This document shows, in pieces, positions 39,994 to 52,778 of a stretch of 64,000 bases of DNA. Under the pieces are notes generated by a model. The model did not search any database. It saw only the letters and a list, made by a program, of their open reading frames with translations, and had not been told where the DNA came from. Position 1 is the first letter of the stretch; every line of letters starts with the position of its first letter. Made by a program: the position numbers and the translations under genes. The stretch covers positions 4,154,001 to 4,218,000 of the forward strand of contig JBLDXI010000054.1 of the NCBI GenBank assembly GCA_047495785.1, in the 5' to 3' direction. Origin of the DNA: Lepidodermella squamata. Lineage: Eukaryota > Animalia > Gastrotricha.

Positions 39994-40443
39994 TCACAGA
40001 CGACGACCACGGCGACCGCCCTTCCGCCGGGTGGAGTCGGAGGGAACCGGGGTCACGTCCTCGATACGACCGATCTTCATGCCAGCACGAGCCAGGGCAC
40101 GCAGGGCTGACTGGGCGCCAGGGCCGGGGGTCTTCGAGCGGGTACCGCCGGTGGCGCGCAGCTTGATGTGCAGGGCAGTGACGCCGAGGCCCTTGCAGCG
40201 CTCAGCAACGTCTTGCGCGGCAAGCATAGCGGCGTAGGGCGAGGCTTCGTCGCGATCCGCCTTGACCTTCATGCCACCGGTGATGCGGCAGATGGTTTCC
40301 TTGCCGGACAAGTCGGTGATGTGAACGAAGGTGTCGTTGTACGACGCGAAGATGTGCGCGACGCCAAAGACCAAGTTGTTGTCGGTGAGAGGGGCGGCCA
40401 AGGTGACCTGCTGTTCGACCTTAGGGGCACGACGCGGGGCCAT
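39994..40443 (-). CDS. RPS14: 40S ribosomal protein S14 (uS11), coding region intronless
   Basis: [26 protein letters not shown]...[16 protein letters not shown]...[14 protein letters not shown]. Strong G/C-ending codon bias. Confidence 0.99.
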   Translation of the reverse strand: MAPRRAPKVEQQVTLAAPLTDNNLVFGVAHIFASYNDTFVHITDLSGKETICRITGGMKVKADRDEASPYAAMLAAQDVAERCKGLGVTALHIKLRATGGTRSKTPGPGAQSALRALARAGMKIGRIEDVTPVPSDSTRRKGGRRGRRL

Positions 40444-40573
40444 TTTGTTGTCAAGTTAGCAGTATAACTTTAACAAAACTATCAAATGAAAAGAAACTGC
40501 TTAAAAAAGAACGTTCAATGAGCAGGTAGAAAAAACGATCGCAGAGATAGTAGAATAAAAGAGAAAGCGCTGT

Positions 40574-41664
40574 TCAATTCATTGCAGCCGATTTTTCCGG
40601 TTCCTCCTCCTCATCGTCGTCGAGACCGTACAGCGTCATCAGCTCCGCCTTCCTGCGTTCAACGATGGCCGCCTCAACCTTAAACGTAAAATCGTATTCA
40701 TAATAAAAAAAAATGAAATATTATTGCGCCACTAACCTGTTCACGAGTGGGAAGAGGAACATGAGCGATGAAGGTGAGTTTATCGATCTCAACATCGGTG
40801 TCTTTGACTTCTGCTGATTTGGTTACTTCCATCGCTGAAGGTTTGCTTGGAAGAGGAGCGTCTGGGTGCAATTCTTTCCATTCTTTCACCAGCTTTTCTC
40901 GAGCTTTCCGCTCAGCGGCTGCTTCGATCGGGACTAGAATGCCGTCATCGTCGTCAAGGTAGCCGTAATAGTCGGCATCGATGCCTCGCATCAGTTCACC
41001 GCGGGTTTTTCTCGGGGCCGCGACAGCTGGAAATTATATTACTTGTTTAAAACAAACCAATAATTGCAAAGTTAAGCCATTTACGTTCTTGTTCGAACAG
41101 TTCTTTGACCCCGGGAAGTGCCTTGGCAGCGCCGAAATACAAATAACCTTTGACCGCAGGGATTTCCTTGCCGTCAGTGTCAACCATCTTGGGCGCGATT
41201 TTCTATGACACATTTGAATAACATTTAATAAGAAGCTTCAGTTTTGAAGGCGAATGAACTCACTTTGTAATCAGGTCCGCCAAGTTCAACAATTCTTTCT
41301 TCCCATCTTGTCTTTTCACGAAGTAACTTGTTGATTTCGTCATTAAGGTCGCGAATTTTGTACTCACCCAAACCGGCTGTTCCAAACTTATGATTTATCA
41401 ATATAACATGAAGTAAGTTATCTTACCGTTTTGAATTTGAGCAACGAGTCGAGAGATCTCCATGATTACTTGGCGGCGGCAGCGTTCGGCTTTTCGCTCA
41501 TCGTAAACCTCAGCAGTGCTGGTCGGTCGCTTTTCGGGCAAGCGAACTTTGTCGACGTAAACAGCCCTCCAGCGAGCTAACGCGGTCCTAATATACAAGA
41601 AATTACTTTCACCAACATAATTATTCATCCAAACTTACATTGCCTTTTCTGCACTTCTAGCCAT
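40574..41664 (-). CDS. ISY1: Pre-mRNA splicing factor ISY1, multi-exon
   Basis: MARSAEKAM|[75 protein letters not shown]. Confidence 0.96.
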
Positions 41665-41809
41665 TTTTCGAGGATAAAATCGGGAATATAATAACGTAAG
41701 TCTATGAAAATCAATGTTAGATTAAGTGAGATAAATGCGGAGCAATTCGAAGAGTAAGTGAAGATTTTGAATAAAATTTGATGTTAGCAGAGTAGGGATA
41801 AAAGGTCTT

Positions 41810-42697
41810 TCACCGGTAAGATTTCATCTCGAAAATCGTCATCTAATTCAAATCCTATCATGAAGTTTATAATTTTCTAGAATGGCTCCATTCAGTTTTC
41901 GACCAGACATGTGCGAATAAGAGTTAAAAGACATTTTTAGTGCAGTAGGAAGACTGCCATTGATGAAGAATTCGCCAGCTGAGCTGGTGCGAGATATTAG
42001 AGCTTCCCAAATGAGTTCTTCCGAACCGACGCATCCGAGTATGAAGAATGAAAATACAAAATAGCCGTAATCGCAAGTTATCTTCTCAACTACGAAATGT
42101 TCAAGAATATAGACACTTTGCAGCCAGTGGCGCCGAGTTCATCCGCTGCCTTGAATTATTGTCGATTGCACTGACTCTGGAAGAACCGTCAGTAGTAGTA
42201 GAGAAAATGGTAGATCAGTAGAGGAACCGGCAGCACCCAACCCCCAAATAGCCGGAGCAATACGAGATTCAAGTTTCGTTTAGTTAACAGCAGATCCGTA
42301 CCCTGTCGAAAAACCGCAGCCCGACAAACGCATTTCAGGGTTATCTTGCATACATGAGATTCGGGTCACCAAAATGATATGACCATGATCAAAACCTTTT
42401 TGTAACATTGGATATCACATCAGAATACCACTGATCACCAGCGATAGCATCAGCGGCTTGCAGAACTGGAGTGGGGAGAGCAGATTCACATACTATAGCC
42501 CAGGTTCAGCGCCTTCAACAATATCAGCGCCTTCGTGATCAACAATGATCGGGAATTTCAATACGAGTTTCCAGCGGCAGCGGCGTCGGTTTTCAATCTA
42601 ACATCGCCACTTCTCGGAGGCGCAACGTCAACAGCCAAGTTACAAGCAGCCTACCCGCTTCTCAGACAATAGTTGCCTTACATTCAACTGTGTACAT
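41810..42697 (-). pseudogene. Decayed zinc-type alcohol dehydrogenase paralogue in tandem downstream of ADH5
   Basis: Collinear remnants with stops and frameshifts: VECKATIV*EAG, VDVAPPRSGDVRLK, FPIIVDHEGADIVE, CLSGCGFSTGYGSAVN*, AIWGLGAAG, ELGATGC, SGRKLNGAILENYK. Confidence 0.85.
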
Positions 42698-42951
42698 CGC
42701 AAGATATAACGTCTAGAAAATTCAAGAAATTGTTAATAATGCAATAAATTTAACAGAAATCGCAATCAAGAAAGTTTTCGATCGGTGGACCGCGAGAATG
42801 GCCTCGCGCAATTCAATAATCTATGCATTTCAATGCTTTTGTGAAGACTTCTAGTTAGATAGACATGAACAATAAATCACCAGCATTTATGGAGAATATA
42901 ATCAAATTTGGTCACTGGAAGTTTGCAAGGAATGCTAAGCATTTGAAGAAC

Positions 42952-44195
<1,244 letters not shown>

Positions 44196-44579
44196 TCAGG
44201 CATTGAGTCTCTCGTCTCAAAAATATCAATGACGACTTCCAAAACAGCAACAGCAAAATAGCAAACGAGGATAAAAAGGAAATCCCAAGCAACAGCACGA
44301 AATCCGCGATGCGCGGGACATTATAAAATGAGGCACCTCGCAACAAGTTACTTCAAAACACCCAAACAACAAGAGGTCACGCGACCATCTTACACAGTTT
44401 TCATGCCCACCTCACGCCCTTCGAACCCGCGAGGGAACCTTTCCAACAAGCTCGAGTCGGCGCGCGCCATGTGGAAAATTCGGCATCGTCAAGGTCACAA
44501 TATTAAAAGAGTAATTTTACTTTACTAACAAAATTGAAAGGGTTTATAATATTTTAAAGGCTAGAAATTCTATTTAATA

Positions 44580-45250
44580 GCAGCATACGTTTTCCCAGTT
44601 TTTTTGATCATTTTTTTCCTTGGAGGGCGATGCTGACTTTGTTTCAATCAACTTTGACTCTGAAGCATGGATGAAAGGTCGAAAGGTCGAGAAAGTGATC
44701 TGCATCAACCCTTGAAGCCAGTGTGGGCCAAATGCGGACTCCGGAGCCTTTTTGGCTCTTTTAGACTTATGCAGGCTTTTCGGGGTCTGGCTCCATATTG
44801 GCTCCGGACTATGGCTTAGATGGGCTCCAAAGAACTCCCTTGCAGAATTCGACTCCAGATAGGTAAGTTGCATTATTCGGTCGAACAAATGAACCTGCAC
44901 CATTCAAAACATTCCTAGACTATTCAACAGCGATGCCGCTGTGTTGGCTTATCAGAATGTATCACCTTCCGCATTGCCTCAGGCCGCATTCGTTGTTAAA
45001 GCTTCTAAATAAATTGTATCACTTGATGCTTGTACGCGAGATCCTGTTTAACGCTTGATCTTACGGGTTCGAAGAACGAGGATCATTGGCTTTCTTTCTT
45101 TTGTTCTTGAGCCTTGCCTAATAGCTTTCTAACACAAGCCTGGCGAGTAAAAATGTGTTATTCGGTGTTAATTGGCTCACGTAACCTTTGGGAGTAGCTT
45201 GTCAATTGGGGCATCAAAACATGTACACCGATGCCTCGGACTCAACCAAG
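44580..45250 (-). mobile_element. Possible heavily degraded non-LTR retrotransposon remnant (RLE-clade-like pre-RT region)
   Basis: Stop-riddled minus-strand text QFI*KL*QRMRPEAMRKVI...RC*I and KRAKKAPES loosely resembles pre-RT segments of NeSL/Utopia/R2-like elements. Weak. Confidence 0.3.
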
Positions 45251-45510
45251 GTAGTTGGATCACTTAACCATTTGCTCAGTTTATTCAAATTTCGCAAGTC
45301 ATTATAAACCGAGGACTAACATCCTCTGTGGGACGCTATACATAGTCAAATTGTATATTACTCAAAGCGCGAGGTTCATAATTCTTCAAGTAATACATCT
45401 TCATCACACTAGACATTTAGCAAAAAATATGCCCATTTGGTTTTTCAACCCGTCTTCTGAATATGAAACAGTTTTGAAAAAATCATAAATAAAATGCTTA
45501 GACAGCAAAA

Positions 45511-48500
45511 TTAAAGACGATTGCTATGCCATTGCCACTGTCGAAGTTGACGGTCAAAAGAGTGCGACAACCATTGTCGCTCAAGAATGGCCATTCTATC
45601 GATAGAGGCACGAAGCGGTCTACCTCGCTTCAAATCGCGGTCTTCCTCTCCGTGAGCGTCCAAATAAGGTGATCCCCAGATAGTGTATCGAGGCCCTGAT
45701 TTAGAATGAAATTGTCAAGATTATCCAGTCATGACTCATCAAGCTGAAAATTACCCCGGATGACAAAAACGCATGACGTTGGAACAACCAAGAAAAGTCC
45801 TGTGCCAGCTCCGCATTTTCGGGAGTGATAGACGGCCTCGAAAACGCCGTCTCGGTTGCAACAAACTTCACGAAAGCAGCTGAAATCGAACTTTATGCAA
45901 ACGATAACTCAGAGAAAATATGTCAAACATACACAATTTGACCACAGACCAAACAAACCCCAGCCCTGGTTGGAACACGGTGACATTGACCACAGCGCCA
46001 AGGTCGGACCGCGTGAAACAATTGATCAAATAAATTTGGCACTCGGAGCAGTCGCGGTTGAAACCAGGACTGGTGCATTGGATTGATCACAGTTTTCAAC
46101 AAGCCTTGATTCACTGGCGAAGCGGAAACCTCGTCGAACCACATTTTCAGAGCAGCAGGGCAAGAGGTTAAGATGGCTGAAGCATCCTCCTCAACCGACT
46201 GCCCCTTTGAAGATACATTTGCCGATGAGTTGACTGACATGGACCCTTCTTCATCGATCGCAAACCTGTTGAAACATTCAAATGCGTTTTTGAATACTAT
46301 ATATCAATCAAGCGCTTACCAAACGTAATCCCATGGATCAATTTCTCCGGAAGCTCCAATCGCTGCGTTAACGACGCCAGCGTCCAATCCAAGGCAATTG
46401 ACGAGAAAAGTGAATCGCTCAGCCACCCCACACGGTTTACGCTTTCCGCCAGCACTGTCAAACAAACAAGTCTGCTGGCGCTGATGTCTCTGATTCAAGC
46501 AGCACGTCAAAGTCGCAGCTAATTCGAGGAAAGGCAAACAAGAACACCGGACAGCATCGGCAAGAGCCTGCGGTGACCACACGGTGGAAGAAATTCCACT
46601 GGATACGGGTGATGAGTCGTTCGATTGCAGCAATTTGGTCTGCTCCCCCAGTATGAGTATTTGAGCAATTATCGAATTGGCACTTTTTGCTTTCTTCCAC
46701 GATGACCGCTCGGAATCTGACAATTGCCGGGCGGTTTTTATCACAGCTTGGACAACTAAAATGGTTCGAAAGCAAGTTATAGCATTAAAACTGAAATCGA
46801 GACATAGTAGCTTACTTTTCAAATTAAAAAGCGATTGGATAATGGCAGAAACATAGGCTGATGAAAGCTCGAACGGCAGGCCGGATAGGACAAAAAGCAA
46901 CAGTAAGACTGAAGGATCGTAGCCGAGGAGGGGAATTGTCGTTTTTGAGCTAAACAAAGCTGGATCGGCTAGTCCTACCAGACGAAGGAAGATTTTGCGG
47001 TAAAGCAGTCTCAGTTCGGCTGATAAAATCGTAAAACAACACGCAGCAACGCATGAGAGTAATGGGTAGAGCGCCTGACATGAACAGCATTGCTCGTTCG
47101 AGCCCTGTCGTAGTCGGCAGAATTCGAAGTTTGCTTGGATCACGTGAATAAGCAGTGAAGTCAGGCCCAAAGCACCACTCGATCTGAGCAGAGTTGAAGC
47201 TGCGTTATCATGAGACAACGAGGTCTGCTGCATGATCAACGAAATGTCGGTTTCGAATTGTCGAAGTGCAAGGAAGATATGTGCCCGGTGGGAGAAAACG
47301 CGACGGCGAGCTAAAACTTTGTCTGTGTGCTTGGGGTCGAAATATAGAGCTATACTACGAAGACGTTCCGCTGAGTCGAAAGCTGGCGGGTCGGGAAGCA
47401 ACTGCGACTCGTCATCGCGAGCGAAAAGAGCGTTCGGCACCAACGGAACCGCACAATTCGCCAACTGCCGGCACAACGGACATGCGTATTCACCGAGCTC
47501 TCTCGCTGCCAGGGTCACCTCGTTGCCAAGGCCACCGATAGCTTCGTCAAGAGCCGGCAACATTTCATTGTCTCCAGCAGCTAGACCGCCCATGTCAAAG
47601 TCTTCTAAGAAATTACCACCGATGCCAGGAATAGCGAAAAGCTGCTCGAGAACATTGTTCAATGACTCGTTGCCGCCGCGGTTCACCCGAAGGTAGTTAT
47701 GATGACAATCAAAGTGAGCAGCGCTGAAAACAAACCAGAATATTAGCATAAAATATAAGGAAATAAATTAAATTCTAATATAGTCTTTCTAACCCCTTCC
47801 CATCATAACAAAGTTAAGGCGCAAATAAGTCATGAAGAAGCAAGTTTATCTATGATTTATTGACATTTAAAAAAAATAAACTCACTGTTGAGCACTTCCA
47901 CTGCCACACAGGGTAAGGTGAACATCGACGGGCCAAAATGCTGAAGAGGCGCAAAGCGACGACGGCGACGTAGCGACGGCGTTCCGCTGATGCGAAGGCG
48001 ACGGTTCGTTCTCATCTTCGACCTGGCTAGCCCTGGCGAAATCGCGGAACGCGTTCATTATCACTTGTCTTGCGTGCCCAGCTGAATGATCGAATGAAGG
48101 AATCGCCTCAAGATGCGAAGAAGCAGCGGCGCTACCGCTAACTGGCGGGGGTAAATCAAACGGTCCCTCAGTATCATAACGATGATGCAGGATAGTCGAC
48201 GATTGGCACATTGATATCACAACAAAGGGTCGCTCGACAGTCGAAGGGCCAGACAAGTTGCAAATACAGCAGTCGTAAACCTGCGACTGTCGCACCGGTT
48301 GCAGCGGCGACAAACTCGACGTGCCAATCGCTTCCATTAACGAAGATTGGTCGACAGAGACAGATAAGCTATTCAAAATCAGGTATAAGATTGCGCCTAG
48401 AATTTAGCATAATTAGTTCAACTTACGCAGATAGATTTGAAGATTGGTCGCTTCCGATCTCTACTTCACCTTCAACAACCATTTGTTCGAGAAACTGGCG

Positions 48501-51500
48501 CTGCTGCTTAGCCATGAGAGCCAGAATCTTTTCGCGACGTTTAGCAGCAGCCTTCGCCGCATCAGCACCGCCTGAACCGCCAGCCTCCGAGTCTGCGCTA
48601 GGTTTGCTCGATCTGCCACTAGAATTCGCGCTAATCGCATTGATCATCTGTTTTAACGTTTCATTGCATGCGGAAATTTTGTCCAGGAGTTGTGAAATTG
48701 CTCCGTGAGCATCGAAAATTCGAGGCCCCACATTGGTACAACTAGCCGGGAGAGCGCGCGAGCTGAAGTGGTCTCGAATGTGACAAAGCAGCGAAAGCAT
48801 CGAATGCCCGATAGCTAATTTGTCGCTAGATGACGCCTCACGCCATGAGGCTGGCAGCGAGAACATGAGTTGCAGAGATGCACGGTCCAAGCCACCACCA
48901 GGCCATTGCGCATCTTGCTCGACATTGCCCGGAGGAAGTTCAGCCAACCGTTTTCTCCTCAGATCCTGTTGAAATTGCTCATTAGGCGGCTGTACAGAGG
49001 CGATCACTTGGCACAAATTGGAGAAAATGTTGTCCGACTGATACCATCCATTCAAAAAATCGCAGTCAGAGACGGCTACAGGTTCGTTTTGTGAGACATG
49101 AGTATTATCCTTGACTAATGCGTCAATGCCCAGTTCGATTAAATTAACAGCAACTGCGATTACTTGGTCCGGAAGGGTAACGCTCGAAGGTCCCGCTGTT
49201 AGCTCATTCCAGTAGCGAAATAGCAAAGCAAATAGAGCAGCGTGTAGGAAGCGCGAGGTTCCGCAGAGTTTTGCAGCGAGATCGCCGACGTTGGACGAAC
49301 TGGCGAAAGCACAGAACGGTGCCCACAATTGCTTGGCACACGTTGACGATCCAATCGAAGAAATCCGAGAGACGACAGACACAAAACGGTCCATGCAGTT
49401 TTGAAAGTCTTTACGCTGGTAGGAGCGAAGGAGGACATGCGCAGGATCGAAATCGCGCCCGTTGGTCCAGATAGTGTCGCGAAGAACGTACGTTCCTGAC
49501 ATAACTTGACCTGTGACGTCAGTTGAAGGCTCCTTGAAATCGGCAACGTCAGAGATGCAGGCATCCACATCGTCGGCTGTGGTGCCTGTGTTGTCGATGC
49601 TAGACGCCATTTCAACAGAAGCAATGTGTCGCTGCGGAATTGAGTCGATGAGCTCAGAATAAGTTCGATCTGCTAGGCATAACTGAGTGACAATTTCTCG
49701 CCGCAATTGACTACGGTAGAAGGCGCGTGCTTCTGGTGCCATTATGTTCATGGAAGGTAGCAAATGAAGACGGGCAATTTGAAGGATCAATAGGAGCGCC
49801 GACTCGAGTAAAACCATCTCGTTGTAGCGCTGCTCCCCGAAATAAGCAGATTTGACCTGAGATGGTTCCTAAAATTAGAAAAACACAGGAAAAGACATCA
49901 TAACGTCAACAAATGAAGACTTTCAAGAAGAGTTTATTTTTAGTTGAAAAAGTTGACATTTCACGCAAGAATTAATTTAATATGTGGTCACAATAAAATG
50001 GACATCAGCAGTATATTATTTTATATTTTCTAATGACTAACCTGCTCCATTCTGTTCGCATGGGTCGGCTTGAAAATGGAGAAAGTGTCCAGAACGTGAA
50101 ATTGCTCTAGAACGAAGGCTACAAGTCGATTCGCAGAAAGCCCAGCAGACAAGGCTGCCTGAATCAGCGACAAATCTAGGTCAATGAACGAAGAGGCGAA
50201 ATTTGTCTGGGCATAGGCTAGGGCCTTCGTTCTCAAGATGGTTCCATTGCGTAGCCAAATGTTACAGCCTATTTCCGACCTTGCCGCTTGCAGCTGAATC
50301 AATGGACGAACGAGTTGACTGAGAAACTGTTCATCGTCTGGTAGTAACGATGCTATGGCTTTAGGGTCGTACGTCGCATGAACAGCGTGTACAAGGGCTG
50401 ATATAGCCCGATGAAGGGGCAAGTGGAATGAAAACTCGAAAGCACACAGCATTGCCGAAGGTTCAGAACCATGAGCCCGATGATGCTCCAGCTCAGCGAC
50501 AAGGCTCTTGACAATTTCAGACGCGTATTGCAGTTTTTCGGCATATTCCCAGGGTGCTTGCTCAGTTTGAGCCGCCAGTAACCACAGAGGGGCGGAGCAC
50601 GCTTCCAGTTCAAGAGAATACGCAGTGGAGAATGCAGTCTCCGAATCCAGCTCAATGTGATTTTTGAAGTACTTTTGATTTGCATTCATTCCGTGGCACA
50701 GAGACATAGTATGAGCCCACCTTAATAATTATAAATACTTCAATGAAAAATCAAGTCACTCGCCAGAATCTTACTTCTTTATCAAAGACGAGTCGGTTAG
50801 AAGCTTTGAAGCAATCGATCTATGGACAATCAAGTTGTACAAATCTGAAACTAGTGGCCAGTAAGCAATCGCTTGGCCCAGGACTCGATTTTCCGTATCA
50901 ACCACCGGGAGCAAAGCATTGTTGCGACGCTTAGTCGAACAGTACCGTAACAGAGCGATAAGCGAGGATAGCTGAGATGATAAACCCGAGCATTCAAAAA
51001 CAGCTAGTTGGGCTAAATCTGCATTCGAGTACAGCTGGACAGTGACGTGAAGAAAGCGCTGCGCTAGGCCGCGTTTCGACTCGCGATCGAGATCACTCTC
51101 ACTTCGGACTTTCAAGTTCAAGCACAGCAATGCAGCAACTATTGGGTATTGAACAGCCAATCGCCTCGTCATTTCGCTAATAATTAAAATCAACAGAACT
51201 GCTGATAAGAAAAGTTAATTATGAGTAAAGTTACCTAGCGTAATGTCTGACAGGAAGCAGTGAAAGGAGAAAATTGAGCAATCGAGTAGGTAATCTAGTC
51301 GCAAGTAACCATCGGAATAGCTCGTCTAACAAATTGTTACATTGATCTTTATGTGAGTAATATTGTGCCGATAGTGAAGCTGCAATGAAAATAAACATCA
51401 TCAGCAATAGCCTAACTTAGATTTGGATAAAATTACGCGAAAACAAGGTAATGGTGCGGCGAAGACTGGCAAGTAGTTCGTCCCGAGCCCATAAAGAGGA

Positions 51501-52458
51501 CCCGATGGACGTAGGATTGCCTTCCACCTCATTCGCTTTAGCGTATGCCGTCTCGTCTAACAGCGCATTCACCAGTTCCTCCTTGGCAGAATAGCCAGCA
51601 TTGGCGATAGATTCAAGCCAGTCACACATCTAAAACAATCGAATTGAAAAAGAATATTCCAATAGTCAATGATACATTACCTTTCCTAAATCATTCTCTG
51701 CCGTTAAAATGCTCATCGGCATGATAAATTCTTCAGGTTGTTCGGCATCCATGATGCGTCCACGAGTAACCAATCGCTGCTTGTAATTTTCATGATAGCA
51801 GTGTCGGAAGAAAACGGTAAGTCGAAACAATTTTCGAAATAAAATATAAGGCGCAGTTGCAACAAGCTCAGGAGGCGGCTTCACAGTCGAAGAGCGGCCG
51901 TGGAAAGTGCAAAATCCCGAAGGCGACATGACCGACGAGTTGCCGCAATCACACGTCCCACCGCTTGACGAGCGGAACATATTCGAATCATGACCCTCGT
52001 GGTTTCCGGCCCGAAAACAGTCGGCGCACAGTGACATGTTAGGATTACGAGAACAAGTTTTGCACCGGTAACCGATGTAACTAGTTGACCACACTAAGCC
52101 ACACACCGGGGAGACGTTGAATGGGCGCAGAGCTCGCGCCCAGTCCTCTAGTTTGCCGCCTCCTGACAACAAGCATTCCAGCTTCTCGAGGTTCGGACTT
52201 GGCGTTAAAGCATTAGAAAAATGTTCCAAGTTGTGAGGAGGCAATGGCATCAAAACATCCACCATAGATTCAAACTGACTAATTTTGTCAGCTTCCCCGT
52301 TGGCTACGCCTGAGTTAGAACGGTTTTATTCATTCAAATTATAAAAACAAGTCGAGTGAATTACCTTGCCGTAGTGGGCCGCATACTAATTTTCTTTCCC
52401 TACTGCTTGAAGGAAGAACAGCTGATGGCGATGGAGGTGAACTTGATTTGTAAGACAT
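45511..52458 (-). CDS. UBR3: E3 ubiquitin ligase UBR3 (UBR box, RING, UBR C-terminal domain), many exons
   Basis: UBR box CGLVWS...YRCKTC...MSLCADCF...HEGHD...CDCG. RING CCIC...CG..H..H..C...CPLCRQLAN. C-terminus WGSPYLDAHGEEDRDLKRGRPL...WQWHSNRL*. Confidence 0.93.
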
Positions 52459-52778
52459 TGCTGTTTACGTTATACCCGTAAACTTCCTAAATTAAGTATC
52501 AGAGATTGAATCACGGCAATAAACTAGCTTTTCGTGGTTTCTTCAAAAAAAATCAGCAATATCAAGCGCAAATGAAAGCGGTTAATCACGAGCCTCGCAT
52601 CCGGGATATGAAAAAATTACCCAACGAAAATGTACATGCAGTTTCGCAATCACAGAACTAAACAGTCACAACAGCGGATTCAACTTTTTAGAATCGAAAA
52701 AAATTATGCTTTCATAAGCTGGCTATCGAATTAATCACAAGTAAATATGTAGTTCAAGAATGTATAGTCAATTGCGTT

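Noticed and set aside
39599-40237. 212-aa + strand ORF
   Set aside because: Antisense shadow of CPT2 exons 1-2 and RPS14.
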